A stretch of 63,700 nt of DNA, counting the filler, from Candidatus Tectimicrobiota bacterium (GTDB lineage Bacteria > JACPSX01), in NCBI GenBank assembly GCA_016193065.1. It is 5 parts of 5 records of this genome, joined end to end, with 100 filler letters (N's around TTAATTAATTAA, not from the genome) between each part and the next. Parts side by side here need not be neighbours in the genome. Positions count along the whole stretch, not along the records: positions 32,740 to 49,719 come from JACPSX010000055.1; positions 49,820 to 57,940 come from JACPSX010000284.1; 3 more parts are not named here. One strand, written 5' to 3'. A program made the translations under genes and the position numbers. A model generated the notes under the pieces. That model was not told where the DNA came from. It saw only the letters and a program-made list of their open reading frames with translations, and ran no database searches. The first letter of the stretch is position 1. Each line of letters starts with the position of its first letter. This document shows, in pieces, positions 40,087 through 49,821 of this stretch.

Positions 40087-40551
40087 ATGGTGAAACAAAC
40101 GGTCATCGAGCGGGTGGAACATCTGACACGCTCCGCTATCGAGTCCCAGGGGCTGGAACTGCTCGATGTGGAGTACAAGAGGGAAAGAGGGCGTTGGATC
40201 TTGCGCCTTTTTATTGATAAGGAAGGAGGGGTCGGGTTGGACGACTGCGAGGCCATGAGCTGCCTGGCCGGGGAGCTGATCGAGATGGAGAATGTGATCC
40301 CTCATCACTACATTCTTGAGGTCTCTTCGCCGGGACTCGATCGGCCCCTCAGGCGGCCTCAAGACTTCTCCAGGAGTTGCGGCAAGCTGGTCCGGGTTAC
40401 CACCGGGATCCCTGTTGAGGGGAGGCGGAAATTTCTGGGAAGGCTGCTCAAGTTTGAAAACAATCAAATTGTCCTGGAATCGCAGGATGGTCATTTGGTT
40501 GAACTTCCCTATGAATCTGTCACCCGAGCTCGACTCGAAGTTGAGTGGTAG
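40087..40551 (+). CDS. rimP: Ribosome maturation factor RimP
   Basis: LRLFIDK.GG..LDDC and LEVSSPGLDRPL. Confidence 0.95.
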   Translation: MVKQTVIERVEHLTRSAIESQGLELLDVEYKRERGRWILRLFIDKEGGVGLDDCEAMSCLAGELIEMENVIPHHYILEVSSPGLDRPLRRPQDFSRSCGKLVRVTTGIPVEGRRKFLGRLLKFENNQIVLESQDGHLVELPYESVTRARLEVEW

Positions 40552-40575
40552 TCAGGCGGTGGGGAGGCTTTTCTA

Positions 40576-42147
40576 ATGGGGCAGGAACTCATTCGGGTAA
40601 TTGAACAGATTGGTCGGGAGAAGGGAATTTCCCGGGAAACCCTGGTGCAGGCCGTGGAGGCTGCTGTGGTCTCGGCTTCGAAGAAGAGGTTCGCCAGCAT
40701 GGGCAACATGGAGGCCCGCCTGGATCCCGAATCGGGCGAAGTGGATCTGTTTAACGTGAAGGACGTCGTGGAGGTCGTGGAAGACAGCGAGACCCAGATT
40801 TCCCTGGCCGAAGCAAGAGCCGTAAATCCCAATGCCGACCTGGGAGGGAAATTGGTGATCCCCGTGCAAATGGAGGGATTGGGCCGCATCGCGGCGCAAA
40901 CGGCCAAGCAGGTGATCGTCCAGAGAGTTCGTGAAGCGGAACGGGAGATCGTTTTCAACGAGTTCCGGGGCCGGGAAGGTGAACTGGTCAACTGCGCTGT
41001 GATGCGGATCGAGCGCGGGAACATCATCGTCGACATGGGTAAGACGGAAGGGATTCTGCCGCGCCGCGAGCAGTCTTTTCGCGAAGTGTTCCGGCGCGGT
41101 GAACGGATCAGGGCCTATATCGTGGAGGTGAAGAAAACTCCCAAGGGGCCCCAGGTCATCCTGTCGCGCACCCACTCGGGGTTCCTGAAGAAACTCTTCG
41201 AGCTGGAGGTTCCTGAGGTGGCCGAGGGGACGGTGGAGATTGTGGCCGGAGTTCGGGAGCCGAGCGGTCGGGCCAAAATTGCCGTGCGGGCCAAGGAAAA
41301 GGACGTGGACCCTGTCGGGGCCTGTGTTGGAGTACGAGGGTCCAGGGTGCAGGCGATCGTTCAGGAGTTGCGCGGAGAAAAAATCGACATTATCCAATGG
41401 ACGGACGATCCCGTGGATTTCGTAAAGAACGCCTTGAGTCCCGCGAAAGTTTCCAGGATTACCGCAAATCCTCAGGAAAAGGCCATGGAAGTCATCGTGC
41501 CTGACGACCAACTCTCCCTGGCCATCGGTAAGAAGGGGCAAAACGTCCGGCTCGCTGCCAAGCTGTCGCAGTGGAGAATTGACATCAAGAGCGAGGCCGA
41601 ACACGGCAAGCAGGAAGCGGAACGGCAGAAAATAGCCCTGGAAAAGGCCCGCGGGGATCTAACCGGGGTTCAGGCCCTGAAGGGAGTCGAAGAGGAAACA
41701 ATCCAATTGCTCATGGGAAACGGGTTCACCAATCTCACCTCGGTGCTGGAAGCGCCTCTGGAGAGATTGCAGGAGATTCCCGGAATGGACCAGGAAAAAG
41801 CTCTAAGGATTAAAGAGCTTGCCCATGCCTTCGTGCGCGGAGAGACCCAGGAGTCGCCCGGGGCGGCTGATGAGCGGGAGATCCCGGCCTTGACGGTCTC
41901 TGAAGATTCCCAGTCCCAAGGGCACTCCTTGCTGGATCTGGAAGGAGTGGGGGAGAAAACGGCGCATCTGCTTGAGGAACACGGTATCGCCACTGTTGAG
42001 GTCCTGTCCCAGGCAAGCGAGGAGAAATTAACCGAGATCCCCGGGATCGGCAGGGCTCGGGCCGGGGGATTGATTCAGAAAGCGCGGGAGTTCATTACAG
42101 GCGGTAGTGGGGGATCAGGTGATGAAAAGGACGGAGGAAGTGAGTGA
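40576..42147 (+). CDS. nusA: Transcription factor NusA with C-terminal HhH-type extensions
   Basis: GRIAAQTAKQ, DPVGACVG and AIGKKGQNVRLA. Confidence 0.96.
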   Translation: MGQELIRVIEQIGREKGISRETLVQAVEAAVVSASKKRFASMGNMEARLDPESGEVDLFNVKDVVEVVEDSETQISLAEARAVNPNADLGGKLVIPVQMEGLGRIAAQTAKQVIVQRVREAEREIVFNEFRGREGELVNCAVMRIERGNIIVDMGKTEGILPRREQSFREVFRRGERIRAYIVEVKKTPKGPQVILSRTHSGFLKKLFELEVPEVAEGTVEIVAGVREPSGRAKIAVRAKEKDVDPVGACVGVRGSRVQAIVQELRGEKIDIIQWTDDPVDFVKNALSPAKVSRITANPQEKAMEVIVPDDQLSLAIGKKGQNVRLAAKLSQWRIDIKSEAEHGKQEAERQKIALEKARGDLTGVQALKGVEEETIQLLMGNGFTNLTSVLEAPLERLQEIPGMDQEKALRIKELAHAFVRGETQESPGAADEREIPALTVSEDSQSQGHSLLDLEGVGEKTAHLLEEHGIATVEVLSQASEEKLTEIPGIGRARAGGLIQKAREFITGGSGGSGDEKDGGSE

Positions 42148-42787
42148 GCGGATCCGGACCTGCCTGGGCTGCCGGCGCCAGCTTCCCCAGGGGGAATTCC
42201 TGCGGATACTCCGGGGCCCTGACGGTGTTTTAGTTCCGGACCTGAAGAAGCGCTTGCCCGGGCGGGGCGGCTATGCATGCTTTGACCGGCAGTGTTTGCA
42301 GGAAGCCTTGAGTCCGACCCGCTTGCGGCGTGCCTTTCGAGGGGAGAGCACGGAGAGCATCTCTGTGGATGCCTTTGTGGAGCAACTGCTCCTTCAACTC
42401 AAGGAGAGCGTGAAGAATCTTCTGGGCATGGCCTGCAAAGCCCGGAAGGCAGTCTTTGGAAAGACGGAGGTTAGAGAGGCGCTGGAGAGCGGGCTTCTCC
42501 GGTTTGTGGCTGTGGCCTCGGATTGTGAGCAGTCCCGGCGCCAGGAAATGACGGACAGGTGCGAGAAGCGAACGGTTCCCTATCTCGCCGCCCTATCCGT
42601 GGCCGATCTGGGACAGATCAGCGGGCGAGGAGTCATGGATTTTGTGGGGATTATAGACAGAGGGTTTGCCGAGCAGATGATCGTTCTCGGCGACCGGCTG
42701 CGGCGACTTGACCTTTTGGAAAGGCGCCCGGATGCGCTTCCTGTTTCCACGGGGTCCAGAAAATCCCGGTCCAGAGAAGGGAGGTGA
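42140..42787 (+). CDS. YlxR (DUF448) + L7Ae-like fusion protein
   Basis: RTCLGCR...GRGGY.C, then [14 protein letters not shown]...ASD (L7Ae-like). Confidence 0.82.
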   Translation: MSERIRTCLGCRRQLPQGEFLRILRGPDGVLVPDLKKRLPGRGGYACFDRQCLQEALSPTRLRRAFRGESTESISVDAFVEQLLLQLKESVKNLLGMACKARKAVFGKTEVREALESGLLRFVAVASDCEQSRRQEMTDRCEKRTVPYLAALSVADLGQISGRGVMDFVGIIDRGFAEQMIVLGDRLRRLDLLERRPDALPVSTGSRKSRSREGR

Positions 42788-44982
42788 TGGGAATGTCAAA
42801 TGTTCGGGTGCACGAGCTGGCCAAGAACCTGGGAATGACCAGCAAAGATCTCATTGGTCTGTTAGCCAAGGAGGGGATTCCTGCCAAGAGCCACATGAGC
42901 GCTTTAGATCCCGAGACGGTGGAGCTTATTGTGGCCTTGCTGAAAGAAGAGAAGACGCCAACCGCAGCCCCTCCGGCACAAGCGGAGCCCGCTGTGAGCA
43001 AGAAGACGAAGGCGGCTGTCAAGAAAAAGGGAGACTCTCTCCAGGCTGCCGCTGCTCCGACCGAGCCTGCCGTCTCGAAGGAGCCTGCGCCCGGGGTGAT
43101 CCCGAAGAGTTTGCATGCCGAGGTGTCCCCCACTTCCGTCGAAGCGCCTGTCGAGGTACCGGAAGAGGTAACACCCCAGCCGGCTCCGGCCGAGGCGCCG
43201 GTTTCCGCAGTTGGTCGCGAGCCGGCCGAAGCGGGAAAGATTATCCGGATCGGGGAGGCAATTACCGTTAAGGAGCTCTCGGAGCGTCTCTCGCTCAAGC
43301 CCCAAGAGGTCATTAAAAAGCTCATCGAAATGAAGGTCATGGCTTCCATTAATCAGCTTCTCGACGTGGAAGCGGCCAGGTCCATCTCCGAAAAGTTCGG
43401 GTTCCGCGTTGAGGGACCGGCCCCGGGGGAGGAAGGGGGCGAAGTCGAAGATGTGGAAGAACTCGCGAGATTGGAGCCTCGGGCCCCGGTGGTCACCATC
43501 ATGGGGCATGTCGACCACGGCAAGACGTCCCTTTTGGACGCAATCCGCAAGACCAACGTAACGGGAGGCGAAGCGGGGGGGATTACACAGCATATTGGGG
43601 CCTATGAGGTTCAAACCGACGGCCGCAAGGTGACCTTCCTGGATACACCGGGACACGAAGCGTTCACCGCCATGCGCTCCAGAGGGGCGCAGGTAACGGA
43701 CATCGTGGTGCTCGTGGTTGCGGCGGACGACGGGGTAATGCCGCAGACCCGGGAAGCCATTGCGCACGCGCGGGCCGCCAAGGTTCCCATTGTTGTGGCC
43801 GTGAATAAGATCGACAAACCCGGCGCCAATCCCGAGCGCGTCCGGCAGCAGCTCTCGGAAGAGGGGCTGGTGGCCGAGGCCTGGGGAGGAGATACGATCT
43901 ATGTGGAGGTCTCCGCCAAGAAGAGTTTGGGGATTGAGAACCTCCTGGAGATGATTCTCTTGCAGGCGGATATTTTGGAACTCAAGGCCAACCCCCACCG
44001 TCCGGCAAAAGGGGTGATCATCGATTCCAAGCTGGATCGGGGACGTGGCCCTGTTGCCACGGTCCTTGTGCAAAGTGGAACTCTGCGGGTGGGCGATCCG
44101 TTTGTGACCGGCACACACTTCGGGAAAGTACGGGCCTTGCTGAATTACAGGGGGCAAAAGATCGATGTAGGAGGGCCCTCGACTCCGGTTGAGGTTTTGG
44201 GACTTTCCGGTGTCCCGTCGGCGGGGGACTCGTTCAAGGTCGTCAGCGATGACCGGAAAGCCAGGCAAATCGCGGCCGCGCTTCTGCAAAAACAGCGGGA
44301 CAAAGAACGGACCCGGATGACGCGAGTGACCCTGGAAGATCTGTTCGCCCAGATTCAGCAAGGGGCTGTCAAGGAACTCAACATTGTTCTAAAAGCGGAT
44401 GTCCAGGGTTCCGTCGAGGCGATTTCCGATGCCCTGGAGAAGCTGAGCACGGCAGAGGTGCGGCTCAAGGTGATTCACGGAGACGCGGGGGGGATCACCG
44501 AGACCGACGTGACTCTGGCGCTGGCCTCGAATGCCATCATCATCGGGTTCAGTGTCCGGCCCACGCCTCAGGCTCACCAGTTGGCGGATCGCGAGCAAGT
44601 CGACGTGCGTCTCTACACCGTCATTTACGAGGTGGTGAACGACATACGGGCTGCGATGGAAGGGTTGCTCGAGCCCACGATGAAGGAGAAGGTGCTGGGC
44701 CGGGCCGAGGTCCGCGAGGTGTACATCATTTCCAGGGTCGGTACGGTTGCGGGGTGCGTGGTCTCCGATGGGCTGATCCCGAGGGGGTCCGAAGCCCGCC
44801 TGGTGCGGGACAACGTGATCGTTTACGAGGGTAAAGTCGGCTCTCTTCGTCGGTTCAAGGAAGACGTCAGGGAAGTCGCCGCGGGCTATGAGTGCGGCAT
44901 CGGGCTGGAGAAGTTCAACGACATCAAGGTGGGAGACGTGATCGAGGCGTTTGCCTACGAGGCAGTAGCTCGAAAACTGTGA
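42784..44982 (+). CDS. infB: Translation initiation factor IF-2
   Basis: [24 protein letters not shown] and ECGI. Confidence 0.98.
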   Translation: MMGMSNVRVHELAKNLGMTSKDLIGLLAKEGIPAKSHMSALDPETVELIVALLKEEKTPTAAPPAQAEPAVSKKTKAAVKKKGDSLQAAAAPTEPAVSKEPAPGVIPKSLHAEVSPTSVEAPVEVPEEVTPQPAPAEAPVSAVGREPAEAGKIIRIGEAITVKELSERLSLKPQEVIKKLIEMKVMASINQLLDVEAARSISEKFGFRVEGPAPGEEGGEVEDVEELARLEPRAPVVTIMGHVDHGKTSLLDAIRKTNVTGGEAGGITQHIGAYEVQTDGRKVTFLDTPGHEAFTAMRSRGAQVTDIVVLVVAADDGVMPQTREAIAHARAAKVPIVVAVNKIDKPGANPERVRQQLSEEGLVAEAWGGDTIYVEVSAKKSLGIENLLEMILLQADILELKANPHRPAKGVIIDSKLDRGRGPVATVLVQSGTLRVGDPFVTGTHFGKVRALLNYRGQKIDVGGPSTPVEVLGLSGVPSAGDSFKVVSDDRKARQIAAALLQKQRDKERTRMTRVTLEDLFAQIQQGAVKELNIVLKADVQGSVEAISDALEKLSTAEVRLKVIHGDAGGITETDVTLALASNAIIIGFSVRPTPQAHQLADREQVDVRLYTVIYEVVNDIRAAMEGLLEPTMKEKVLGRAEVREVYIISRVGTVAGCVVSDGLIPRGSEARLVRDNVIVYEGKVGSLRRFKEDVREVAAGYECGIGLEKFNDIKVGDVIEAFAYEAVARKL

Positions 44983-44989
44983 GGTCCAG

Positions 44990-45277
44990 TTGCGCGTGGT
45001 GGTAGGGGTTTGCACGGTAGAACTTCTGATCCCGTCCATGGGGTCCCTCAAGGGGAAGAGGCAGGTCGTCAAGAGCCTCATCAGCCGGCTCCAGAATAAG
45101 TTCAAGGTCTCCGTGGCTGAGGTGGATGAAAACGACAAATGGCAAAAGGCGATCATCGGGATCGCTGCTGTCAGCAATGAAGCTAACCATGCAACCCGTG
45201 TTCTCCAAAGCGTGGTGAATTACATCGACCGGGAAACCGCCAGCCAGTTGCTGGACTATTCGATCGAGATTCTGTAG
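44990..45277 (+). CDS. DUF503 (YlxP) family protein
   Basis: SLKGKRQVVKS...FKVSVAEV, in the usual position after infB. Confidence 0.88.
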   Translation: MRVVVGVCTVELLIPSMGSLKGKRQVVKSLISRLQNKFKVSVAEVDENDKWQKAIIGIAAVSNEANHATRVLQSVVNYIDRETASQLLDYSIEIL

Positions 45278-45287
45278 GGGAAATGCC

Positions 45288-46613
45288 GTGTTCTTGGGGA
45301 AGAGATCGGAACGGGTTGGGGAGATGATCCTGGCCGAGATTTCCCGGCTGCTGTTACGGGAGGTGAAAGACCCGAGAATCGGCTTTGTGACTTTGACGGG
45401 GATTGATCTCAGCGATGATCTGAGACATGCCAAGGTATACATCAGCGCGCTGGGAGATGAGGGGACGAAGCAAAAGACCCTGCAAGGTCTGTCGAGCTGC
45501 GCGGGTTTTCTGCGTGGCCGGTTGGGACGTGAACTCCGACTGCGGTACGTTCCGGAGCTTGATTTCCACTGGGACACATCCATCGCACACGGAGTGAGGA
45601 TCTCGCATGTGATTGACGAGTTGAAGGAGTCCAGGGAAGCGGCGGCCGTCTTCGCCATGACACAGGTCGCGGAGCTGATCCAGAACAGCCAGTCTTTTGT
45701 CATCACCAGCCATATTGATCCCGACGGCGACGCGCTGGGCGGCTTGCTGGGCCTGGGGCTTTTTTTGCGGCAGATGGGCAAACAGGTGGCCTTGAAACAC
45801 GTGCAGCCCGTCCCGGAGACCTACCGGTTTCTGCCGGGATCGGAACTCATTGAAGTCTGCCCTGTAAACCGGGAGCCCTACCAGGTGGGAATCATGGTGG
45901 ACTGTGGAGACATGTCCCGCGTCGGCACGCTCTTCCAGGAGAGGCATCTGATTGGAACGTTCATCAACATCGACCATCACGAAAGCAACGGGGGGTTTGG
46001 TGACTACAATCTCTTGGACCCGAAAGCCGCGGCCTCCTCGGAAATTGTCTACCGGCTCATTTCGGCTGTGGATCCGGGAAAGGCAATTACCGCGGATATC
46101 GCCACGAACCTGTTCACGGGGATTCTGGTCGATACGGGATCGTTTCATTACGGGAACACGACGCCCGAAGTCCTGATGGTGGTCGCTGACCTGGTGGCCC
46201 GGGGGGCTTCACCTGCCGGCATCACCAGGAACCTGTATGAACAAAGGTCCCTGCCCCAACTCCGTCTTTTGGGGGAAGCTCTGCTGACAGTCGAATGCGC
46301 GCTTGCCGGCAGGGTTTCTCTCATGGTCGTTTCCGAGGAGATGTACCGGCAGACGGGCACCACAGCCGGTGACACGGAGGATCTGGTGAACTTTGCCGGC
46401 TCTCTTGCTGGGGTGGAGGTGGCGATCCTGCTGAAGCAGAAGGGGACCGCTCAATACAAGGCGAGCCTGCGGGCCAAGGACCGGGTCAATGTGGCTTTGG
46501 TGGCCGAGCGGTTCGGAGGAGGTGGGCACCCCAATGCGGCGGGCTGCCATATCGATGGTACTCCAGAGGAGGTCAAGGCCCGTTTGCTCTCCGTGATCCA
46601 GGAATTTCTGTGA
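45288..46613 (+). CDS. rbfA: RbfA fused in frame to a DHH/DHHA1 phosphoesterase (NrnA-like)
   Basis: KDPRIG, DLRHAKVY and LRYVPEL (RbfA), then SHIDPDGDA, IDHH, DTGSF and GGGHPNAAG. Confidence 0.85.
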   Translation: MFLGKRSERVGEMILAEISRLLLREVKDPRIGFVTLTGIDLSDDLRHAKVYISALGDEGTKQKTLQGLSSCAGFLRGRLGRELRLRYVPELDFHWDTSIAHGVRISHVIDELKESREAAAVFAMTQVAELIQNSQSFVITSHIDPDGDALGGLLGLGLFLRQMGKQVALKHVQPVPETYRFLPGSELIEVCPVNREPYQVGIMVDCGDMSRVGTLFQERHLIGTFINIDHHESNGGFGDYNLLDPKAAASSEIVYRLISAVDPGKAITADIATNLFTGILVDTGSFHYGNTTPEVLMVVADLVARGASPAGITRNLYEQRSLPQLRLLGEALLTVECALAGRVSLMVVSEEMYRQTGTTAGDTEDLVNFAGSLAGVEVAILLKQKGTAQYKASLRAKDRVNVALVAERFGGGGHPNAAGCHIDGTPEEVKARLLSVIQEFL

Positions 46614-47533
46614 ACGGCTTTCTCAATCTGAATAAAGAAGCAGGAATGACCTCTCACGATGAGGTGCTTCGGGCCCGGGAGCTTCTGGGGATCAGGAAAG
46701 TCGGCCATCTGGGCACTTTGGATCCTCTGGCAACGGGGGTATTGGTCCTGTGCATCGGCAGTGGTACGAAGCTGGTCTCTTATTTAGAGCACACCTCAAA
46801 GGCCTACCGGGCAACGGTGGCTCTGGGGATGGTGACGGATACCATGGATATTTCTGGCCGTGTTTTGGAAACCCGGCCAGTCGCCCCCCTTTCGCCGGAC
46901 GCCGCCTCCCAAATCCTGGAGCGGTTCTGCGGGCAAATCGAACAGATCCCGCCCATGTATTCGGCCGTTAAAGTCCGAGGCAACCGCCTCTACAAACTGG
47001 CCCGCCGCGGGATTGAGGTGGAGCGCCAGCCGCGTCAGATCACCATTTTCCGCCTGGTCCTCCAGGATCTGCGGGAAAATTCCCTGACCATCGAGATTGA
47101 ATGCTCGAAGGGGACTTACATCCGGACTCTGTGCGCGGACATCGGTCAGGCGCTGGGGTGTGGAGGGTGTCTTAGGTCTCTGGTCCGAACGAGAGTCGGG
47201 CCCTTCAGACTGGAGGAATCGTTGACCTATGAGCAATTGTGTGGGATCCGGGAGCGGGGTGAGGTCGGCAAGGTCCTGTGGTCTCTGGATCAGGTTCTCT
47301 CGGACTATCCGCAAGTCGTTGTCCCCGAGAAGGTTGCTGATCGGGTCCGGCACGGTTCCTCATTCCGTGAGGATTGCCTTGCGGGAGGGGGCTCCCCGGT
47401 GTCTACGGGTACGATGATGCGCGTTTATGATCCTTCTGGGAACCTTCTGGCTTTAGCAGAACTCCAATGGGATCAAATGGATAAAGGGCTTTCTCGGATC
47501 TTTCGGATCTCCAGGCTTCTGGTCCCGGGGTGA
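46610..47533 (+). CDS. truB: tRNA pseudouridine(55) synthase
   Basis: GHLGTLDPLATG, PPMYSAVK and CSKGTYIR. Confidence 0.96.
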   Translation: MNGFLNLNKEAGMTSHDEVLRARELLGIRKVGHLGTLDPLATGVLVLCIGSGTKLVSYLEHTSKAYRATVALGMVTDTMDISGRVLETRPVAPLSPDAASQILERFCGQIEQIPPMYSAVKVRGNRLYKLARRGIEVERQPRQITIFRLVLQDLRENSLTIEIECSKGTYIRTLCADIGQALGCGGCLRSLVRTRVGPFRLEESLTYEQLCGIRERGEVGKVLWSLDQVLSDYPQVVVPEKVADRVRHGSSFREDCLAGGGSPVSTGTMMRVYDPSGNLLALAELQWDQMDKGLSRIFRISRLLVPG

Positions 47534-47654
47534 TTTCCTGGACCGACCCGAGGTCGCAGCGCAGAGAAACTGCCAGTAAGGATGGACTTTACAAGCATTG
47601 ATCGTCCTGCTAACATACGCAAATTAAATTTAGAAAGGAAATAAGGAGAAGAGG

Positions 47655-47924
47655 ATGCCCTTAGAGCAGACGAAGAAAAACGAGGTTATCCAAGCCTATC
47701 GAAAGCACGAGAAAGACACAGGCTCGTCCGAAGTACAAATTGCCCTATTGACCGAGAGGATTTCTTACTTGACCAACCACTTTCAGACTCACGCCCGGGA
47801 TCATCTTTCCCGCCGGGGTTTGCTCAAGCTTGTCGGCCGCAGACGGAGGCTCCTGGACTATTTGCGACGGAACGATTTTCAGCGCTACCAGACGGTCATC
47901 GAGAGGCTGGGGCTTAGGCGCTAG
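47655..47924 (+). CDS. rpsO: 30S ribosomal protein S15
   Basis: [13 protein letters not shown] and RRGLLKLVG. Confidence 0.97.
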   Translation: MPLEQTKKNEVIQAYRKHEKDTGSSEVQIALLTERISYLTNHFQTHARDHLSRRGLLKLVGRRRRLLDYLRRNDFQRYQTVIERLGLRR

Positions 47925-47945
47925 GAACCTTGGAGAGAGAGGGAT

Positions 47946-49719
47946 ATGATCCACAAAGTTGAACTGGAAGTCGGGGGGAGAACCCTTACCATCGAGACTG
48001 GAGAACTGGCCAAGCAGGCCGATGGGGCGGCGCTGGTAAGGTACGCCGATACGGTCATTTTGAGCACTGCAGTCTCTGCCAAACAGCCCCGGGAGGGGGT
48101 CGATTTCCTGCCGTTGACCGTCGACTACCGCGAGAAAGCCTACGCGGCCGGGAAGATTCCGGGGGGGTTTTTCAAGCGGGAGGGTCGCCCCAACGAGAGG
48201 GAGATCTTAATCTCAAGGTTGACGGACCGCCCCATCCGTCCTCTGTTCCCCGAGGGGTATTGTTACGATACCCAGGTCGTTTGTTTTGCTCTCTCAGCGG
48301 ATCAGGAAAATGACCCAGATATACTGGTCGTCACCGGAGCTGCGGCTGCATTGGTCCTTTCGGACATTCCCTATGAAACTCCCCTGGCGGGTGTAAGGAT
48401 GGGGAGGATTAACGGTCAGTTTGTGATTAACCCGACCTATCTTCAGATGGAAGAGAGCGATCTCCAACTCACCATGGCAGGAACCTCCGAAGCTGTGGTG
48501 ATGGTGGAAGCCGGAGCGAAAGAGGTCTCCGAAGAGGTTTTCCTGGAGGCTCTGGATGTCGGTCACCGGCAGATCCGGCGGATCGTGGAGGCCATCTCCG
48601 AGCTTACCCGCAAGGCCGGGAAGCCCAAGCGTTCGTGGAGTTCCCCTGTTCCGAACGAGGTGCTCAGACAGCGGGTTGAGGAGATTGTCGCCCCGGGGGT
48701 CCGTGAATGCGTCCGCATCAAAGAAAAACTCGACCGGGAAAACCGCATGGAGGCCTTGCTGGGGCAAGTCGTCGGGCAAGTTCTCGGTGAATATCCGGAG
48801 GTTGCTGAAAAAGAAATTAAGAAAGTCTTTGAGGAAATCGAGTACCGGGAAGTCCGCAGCAATATTCTTCAAAATGGGATTCGGGCCGATGGCCGAGGCC
48901 TCAAGGACATCCGGCCAATCTCCATCCGGATCGGGATCTTGCCCAGGACCCATGGCTCTGCCCTGTTCCAGCGGGGAGAGACACAGGCGCTGGTCGTCTC
49001 GACGTTGGGCACGTCTGTGGACGAACAGCGGCTCGACGATCTGGAAGGAAAATCGACCAAGTCCTTTATGCTGCACTACAACTTTCCTCCGTTTTCGGTG
49101 GGAGAGTCGACTCCTCTGAGGGGCACGAGCCGTCGCGAGGTAGGACACGGGGCCCTGGCGGAACGAGCCATACAACCGGTGCTCCCGAAGAGCGAAACGT
49201 TCCCATATACCATTCGGATTGTTTCGGACATTTTGGAGTCCAACGGCTCCTCTTCCATGGCGACCGTCTGCGGGGCTTCCCTTTCGCTCATGGATGGAGG
49301 GATTCCACTTGCAACTTCGGTGGCCGGAATCGCCATGGGGCTGATCAAAGAAGGCAATGAGGTCCGAATTCTGTCGGATATCCTGGGTTTAGAAGATCAT
49401 CTGGGAGATATGGATTTCAAGGTGGCCGGAACACGCCGGGGGATCACAGCCCTGCAGATGGATATAAAGATCGGAGGCGTGACCCAGCAGATCTTGTCCC
49501 AGGCTCTGGCTCAGGCTCGGGAGGGTAGGATCCATATTTTGAACATCATGGATCAGGTGATTGCAGCCCCCAGGACGGAGATTTCCATGTATGCGCCGCG
49601 GATCTTTACGATGAAAATTAATGCGGATAAGGTTCGGGAAGTAATCGGACCCGGGGGTAAGATGATCCGCAGCATTATTGAGGAGACCGGCTGCTCCATT
49701 GACGTGGAGGACGACGGCA
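47946..49719 (+). CDS. pnp: Polyribonucleotide nucleotidyltransferase (3' end truncated)
   Basis: GKIPGGFFKREG, ESNGSSSMA and GDMDFKVAGT. Confidence 0.97.
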
Positions 49720-49819
49720 NNNNNNNNNNNNNNNNNNNNNNNNNNNNNNNNNNNNNNNNNNNNTTAATTAATTAANNNNNNNNNNNNNNNNNNNNNNNNN
49801 NNNNNNNNNNNNNNNNNNN
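49720..49819. other. Artificial contig linker
   Basis: N-run + TTAATTAATTAA + N-run. Confidence 0.98.
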
Positions 49820-49821
49820 GC

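Noticed and set aside
42140-42787. YlxR-L7Ae fusion as a novelty
   Set aside because: Fusion of these adjacent nusA-infB operon genes is, from recall, common in Deltaproteobacteria-like genomes.
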